A DNA stretch of 64,000 nucleotides from Macrostomum lignano. Its lineage: Eukaryota. The notes under the pieces are model-generated. The model was given only the letters and a program-made list of their open reading frames with translations. It made no database searches and was not told the DNA's origin. The position numbers were made by a program, and so were the translations under genes. Below, one piece after another: positions 51,301-64,000 of the stretch. Every line of letters begins with the position of its first letter. The stretch's first letter is position 1. Location: the NCBI GenBank assembly GCA_002269645.1, contig NIVC01003376.1, forward strand, positions 1 to 64,000, written 5' to 3'.

Positions 51301-52429
51301 TGTTTTTAGAAGGAATATCTGTTGTTTTTTATGAAGGCTTTATTTTGCTGTCTATTTGTTACTTGTAAAGAACAAAGATTCTATCCAGATGTCCCCATTG
51401 GTAGGCGAAGATTGCTAGTTCAAACTAAAATTAATTATGCAAAGCTAATTAAAACTTTAATAGTTTTCTTATTGTTATTTTATTGATTATTCAATAAATT
51501 GTTTTTTGTTTAAAGATTGTTGCAATATAAAACTATAGAAAATAATAGAAAGTAGGTCATTAAGAGTATAAGACTAGAGGTTGGACAAGTCAAGATCTTA
51601 ATCTTGATTCTTAAAATTTTAGCACTTCACTTAATTTCAATCTTGGCTTTAAGATCCTGAGAAAAAGTTATGATTTATATCATGACTATGATTTTTTGTG
51701 ATTATGAATAATATTATTATACTTATATTTGAAGAAAAAGTTTTTATTTAAAGGGTATAAATGAATATATCAAGTTATTAACAAGCTCAATATTAAATTA
51801 TCATTGTTTTTTCTTCTATTATCATTATTGTATATATTTAAAAAATAAAAATATTAGCATTAATAGATTTAATAATAAATAGACCTACTATATACTAATT
51901 AGGCTTAATCTTAAATCTTGGTCAAATCTCAATTGTCTTAATAGTATAGATCTTGAGTCTTAAAAAACTAAAAAAATATGATATTTTTTAGCCCTTAACC
52001 AAGACCTTTATAAGATTAAGAAACTCAAAATAGTTATCTATGGTCAAAATTATGACTAAAAAGGAGTTATACGAGTAATACTTGTAGAAATAAAAAACTT
52101 TCAATTTTATAGTTCAGTCATTTGAGGTACCTTTATTTTTATGAAATAGCTTGTGTTCTTCATTGCAATTGAACTAAAAGTAAAAATGCTATTTTACTAA
52201 GTATATATATATATATAATATGCCTGAGTTGCTCATCTAGTTATTTTAGTATCTGTGGCCCTTATTGGTATAACCACTAGCAACTGAGAAGCTTGGAAAA
52301 ACTATAAGCCATACCTTAAGTCCGTTAGCTCAGTACTACACTGGGCCCTTGAGGGCAACAGGAAGGCTATCTCTAGAACCTGCAAACTGGCTGCATACCC
52401 TGTTAAGGTCAGAGGGGGTGATTCCTGAT

Positions 52430-52601
52430 CATACATGCGCAACCTTGGGAATCACTCGGCCGTTTCTATTGGCAACACACACATGTAAGTCGCTATTGGT
52501 TGAGAGCAGTCACGTGACTACTATTCCGTCCAATAGCGACTTTCATGCGTGTGTTGCCAATAGAAACGGCCGGGTGAATCCTTAGGTTGCGCCCAAGCAT
52601 G
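52430..52601. mobile_element. 172-bp palindromic MITE with the same CATACATGCGCAAC terminus
   Basis: Arms cggccgtttctattggcaacaca..gtcgctattgg / ccaatagcgac..tgtgttgccaatagaaacggccg; TSD ttcctgat on both sides. Confidence 0.82.
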
Positions 52602-53038
52602 TTCCTGATCTTCAGAGCCATAGCCAGATATACCTTGATACACACAGGTTTGCTTCTGGGCACCCAATATGGCCAAGACAGAAGCCAAGTCCAGCAGCCC
52701 TAGAGGTGCCCTGAGCACATGTGGAATGTGAACCCCTGGGTTGGCTTGTGAGTCAGCTTGGGGAGAGTTCTGCTATTCCTGCACCATAATAGAGGGGGTA
52801 CAGGTGTGCAGGGTTGCAGACCTTAGGTTGTAAGCCTGGTTTGTCTCATACTACACAGGCGTGCTGAGCTCACCATTGCATACAAGTTCATTACATATTT
52901 TCATCAGAAGTTCAAACCCATAGTCAGTTTAACCCCCCCCCCCCGCTCCACCCGAATTATTTGCATGCATTGTCAGCCAAGGTTCAAATTGCAGGCATCA
53001 ATCTAATCTAACTTGATTAGTTTATTTTGTTTTGAAAC

Positions 53039-62268
<9,230 letters not shown>

Positions 62269-62964
62269 ACCCAGTCTGTCTAGTGATTCTTTAGTGCACT
62301 TTAACAGTACTTTTGTAACCAGCAGCAAAACTTAATGACGTTGTCTATTCTAAAAAGTCATCGTCATTCAATTCAGTTAAAAGCTTTCTCTGTTTATTTA
62401 TATTAATGTTTTTGGGTTCAAGGTATTTACATAACATACTACTTATGTAATATCTAATCATCGATTTGTGACGAATTGAAGTTTCAGTGCGGGTGCGACC
62501 ACTCTAGACGAGTTTTTCGACACTGTGTTGGGCTTTTAGCCATAGGCAATCGGTGAGTGGACTAGAGATCTCTGAATGTTGAAAATTTGCATAAATTTCA
62601 TACATATTTATTTAGTAACATTAGTTGCATTTTCAATCTGAGACAAAATTAAACGGAAATACTTTTAGACAGAAGTAGATGGATTTATTCTGTCTGAGAG
62701 AGTGAAGTCGTGTAGGAAATCAGTTCCGCTATTTATAATATTTTTCGTGCATACTTTCACATCCCGGTCTTTGTGCTGTCTGTGTTGCTGTCTTTTCTCT
62801 ACATTATTGTGTATGATTACATTGTCCCCTATGCCAGTACAAAATTTTCAAACAAGTCATTATGAATGTGTAAAATTTGCTACTGTGTTTACGAATATAT
62901 TTTTGTTTGTAATTTTGTTACAAATATTCTCCAATTTGTAAGTTAATGAGCTCGCTTCCTTCTG

Positions 62965-63360
62965 ACCAGATCCTCAGTTGCTGGGGAGCCTCCCAGATCC
63001 TCAGTTGCTGGGCCAGCCTCCCAGATCCTCAGTACTGGTCCAGCCTGTCAGATACTCAGTTGCTGGGCCGCCTCTCAGATCCTCAGTTGCTGGGCAGCCT
63101 CCCAGATCCTCAGTTGCTGGGCAGCCTCTCAGATCCTCAGTTGCTGGGCAGCCTCCCAGATCCTCAGTTGCTGGGCAGCCTCTCAGATCCTCAGTTGCTG
63201 GGCAGCCTCCCAGATCCTTAGTACTGGTCCAGCCTCTCAGATCCGCAGTTGCTGGGCAGCCTCCCAGATCCTCAGTACTGGTCCAGCCTCCCAGATCATC
63301 AGTTGCTGGGCCAGCCTCCCAGATCCTCAGCCTCCCAGATCCTCAGTTGCTGGGCCACCA
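62965..63360 (+). repeat. 27-28-bp family minisatellite, downstream of the fusion gene
   Basis: gctgggcagcctcccagatcctcagtt units. Confidence 0.9.
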
Positions 63361-63774
63361 GCCGTATATTCTTCAAGCCACATCAACTTCGTTTAAGGAT
63401 TAATCATGATTGTCAACTGTACATCATTGATTTTTTATTTCGTTTAGATAAGATATTTTTACCCAGTTTGTTTGTCACCTGTTTTCTTAATGTTCCTCAA
63501 ACGTTTTGCACCTATATATTCCGCGAAGTCATTGTTTCTACTTAAGTAGACTATTTCAAATGTTAGTAGTATTTTCTCATCGCGAAGTAGGGTTTTCTGT
63601 TTTCAATCAAAATCTTGAAGCATTGCTTGATTTTCAATTGTAATTTGTGGCCTCATAATACAAAAAACACTTACAATGCTCTTCTTTATTATTTTTTGTG
63701 CAGTTGTAGCTGTAAACAGTTGTTTGTTAATTGCAGTTACCCTAAAATTACATCTACTCATTTTAGTAATTGTG

Positions 63775-64000
63775 CAATGTACATATGCTAGTCAGCAGGA
63801 GCCTAGACCCTAATCAATCCAGCCAATGTACATATGCTAGTCAGCAGGAGCCTAGACCCTAATCAACCCAGCCAATGTACGTATGCTAGTCAGCAGGAGC
63901 CTAGACCCTAATCAACCCAGCCAATGTACGTATGCTAGTCAGCAGGAGCCTAGACCCTAATCAATCCAGCCAATGTACATATGCTAGTCAGCAGGAGCCT
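63775..64000. repeat. 49-bp tandem repeat running off the window end
   Basis: aatgtacatatgctagtcagcaggagcctagaccctaatcaatccagcc repeated ~4.6 times. Confidence 0.92.

Overview
Intron-rich animal (invertebrate) genomic DNA, not prokaryotic. The style (short conserved exons, polyQ tracts, satellite-filled introns) recalls free-living flatworms, but that is only an impression. I reconstructed eight protein-coding genes by hand from GT-AG junctions with consistent phases: (1) 3' part of a SUV39H-type H3K9 methyltransferase; (2,3) two tandem intronless TRMT10C/MRPP1-like paralogs, the second frameshifted and degenerate at the SAM-binding motif; (4) a 5-exon secreted S1 serine protease; (5) an unrecognised 4-exon secreted 6-Cys protein with a basic tail; (6) a 3-exon gene ending in an SVBP-like segment; (7) an ~11-exon C2CD2/TMEM24-like TM-SMP-C2 gene on the minus strand; (8) a 6-exon, ~714-aa gene fusing a TIGR04282/DUF2064-like domain to a TIGR04283-like GT2 domain. 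These two families are best known from bacterial arsM/arsS arsenosugar loci, and gene 8 is the lead candidate for an undescribed system. The rest is minisatellite arrays (mostly intronic), hAT-type MITEs with 8-bp TSDs, a deleted IS630/Tc1-like element, a 5'-truncated LINE and foldback elements. Most long ORFs in the supplied track are satellite artefacts. All family calls are from motif recognition; no database search was run.
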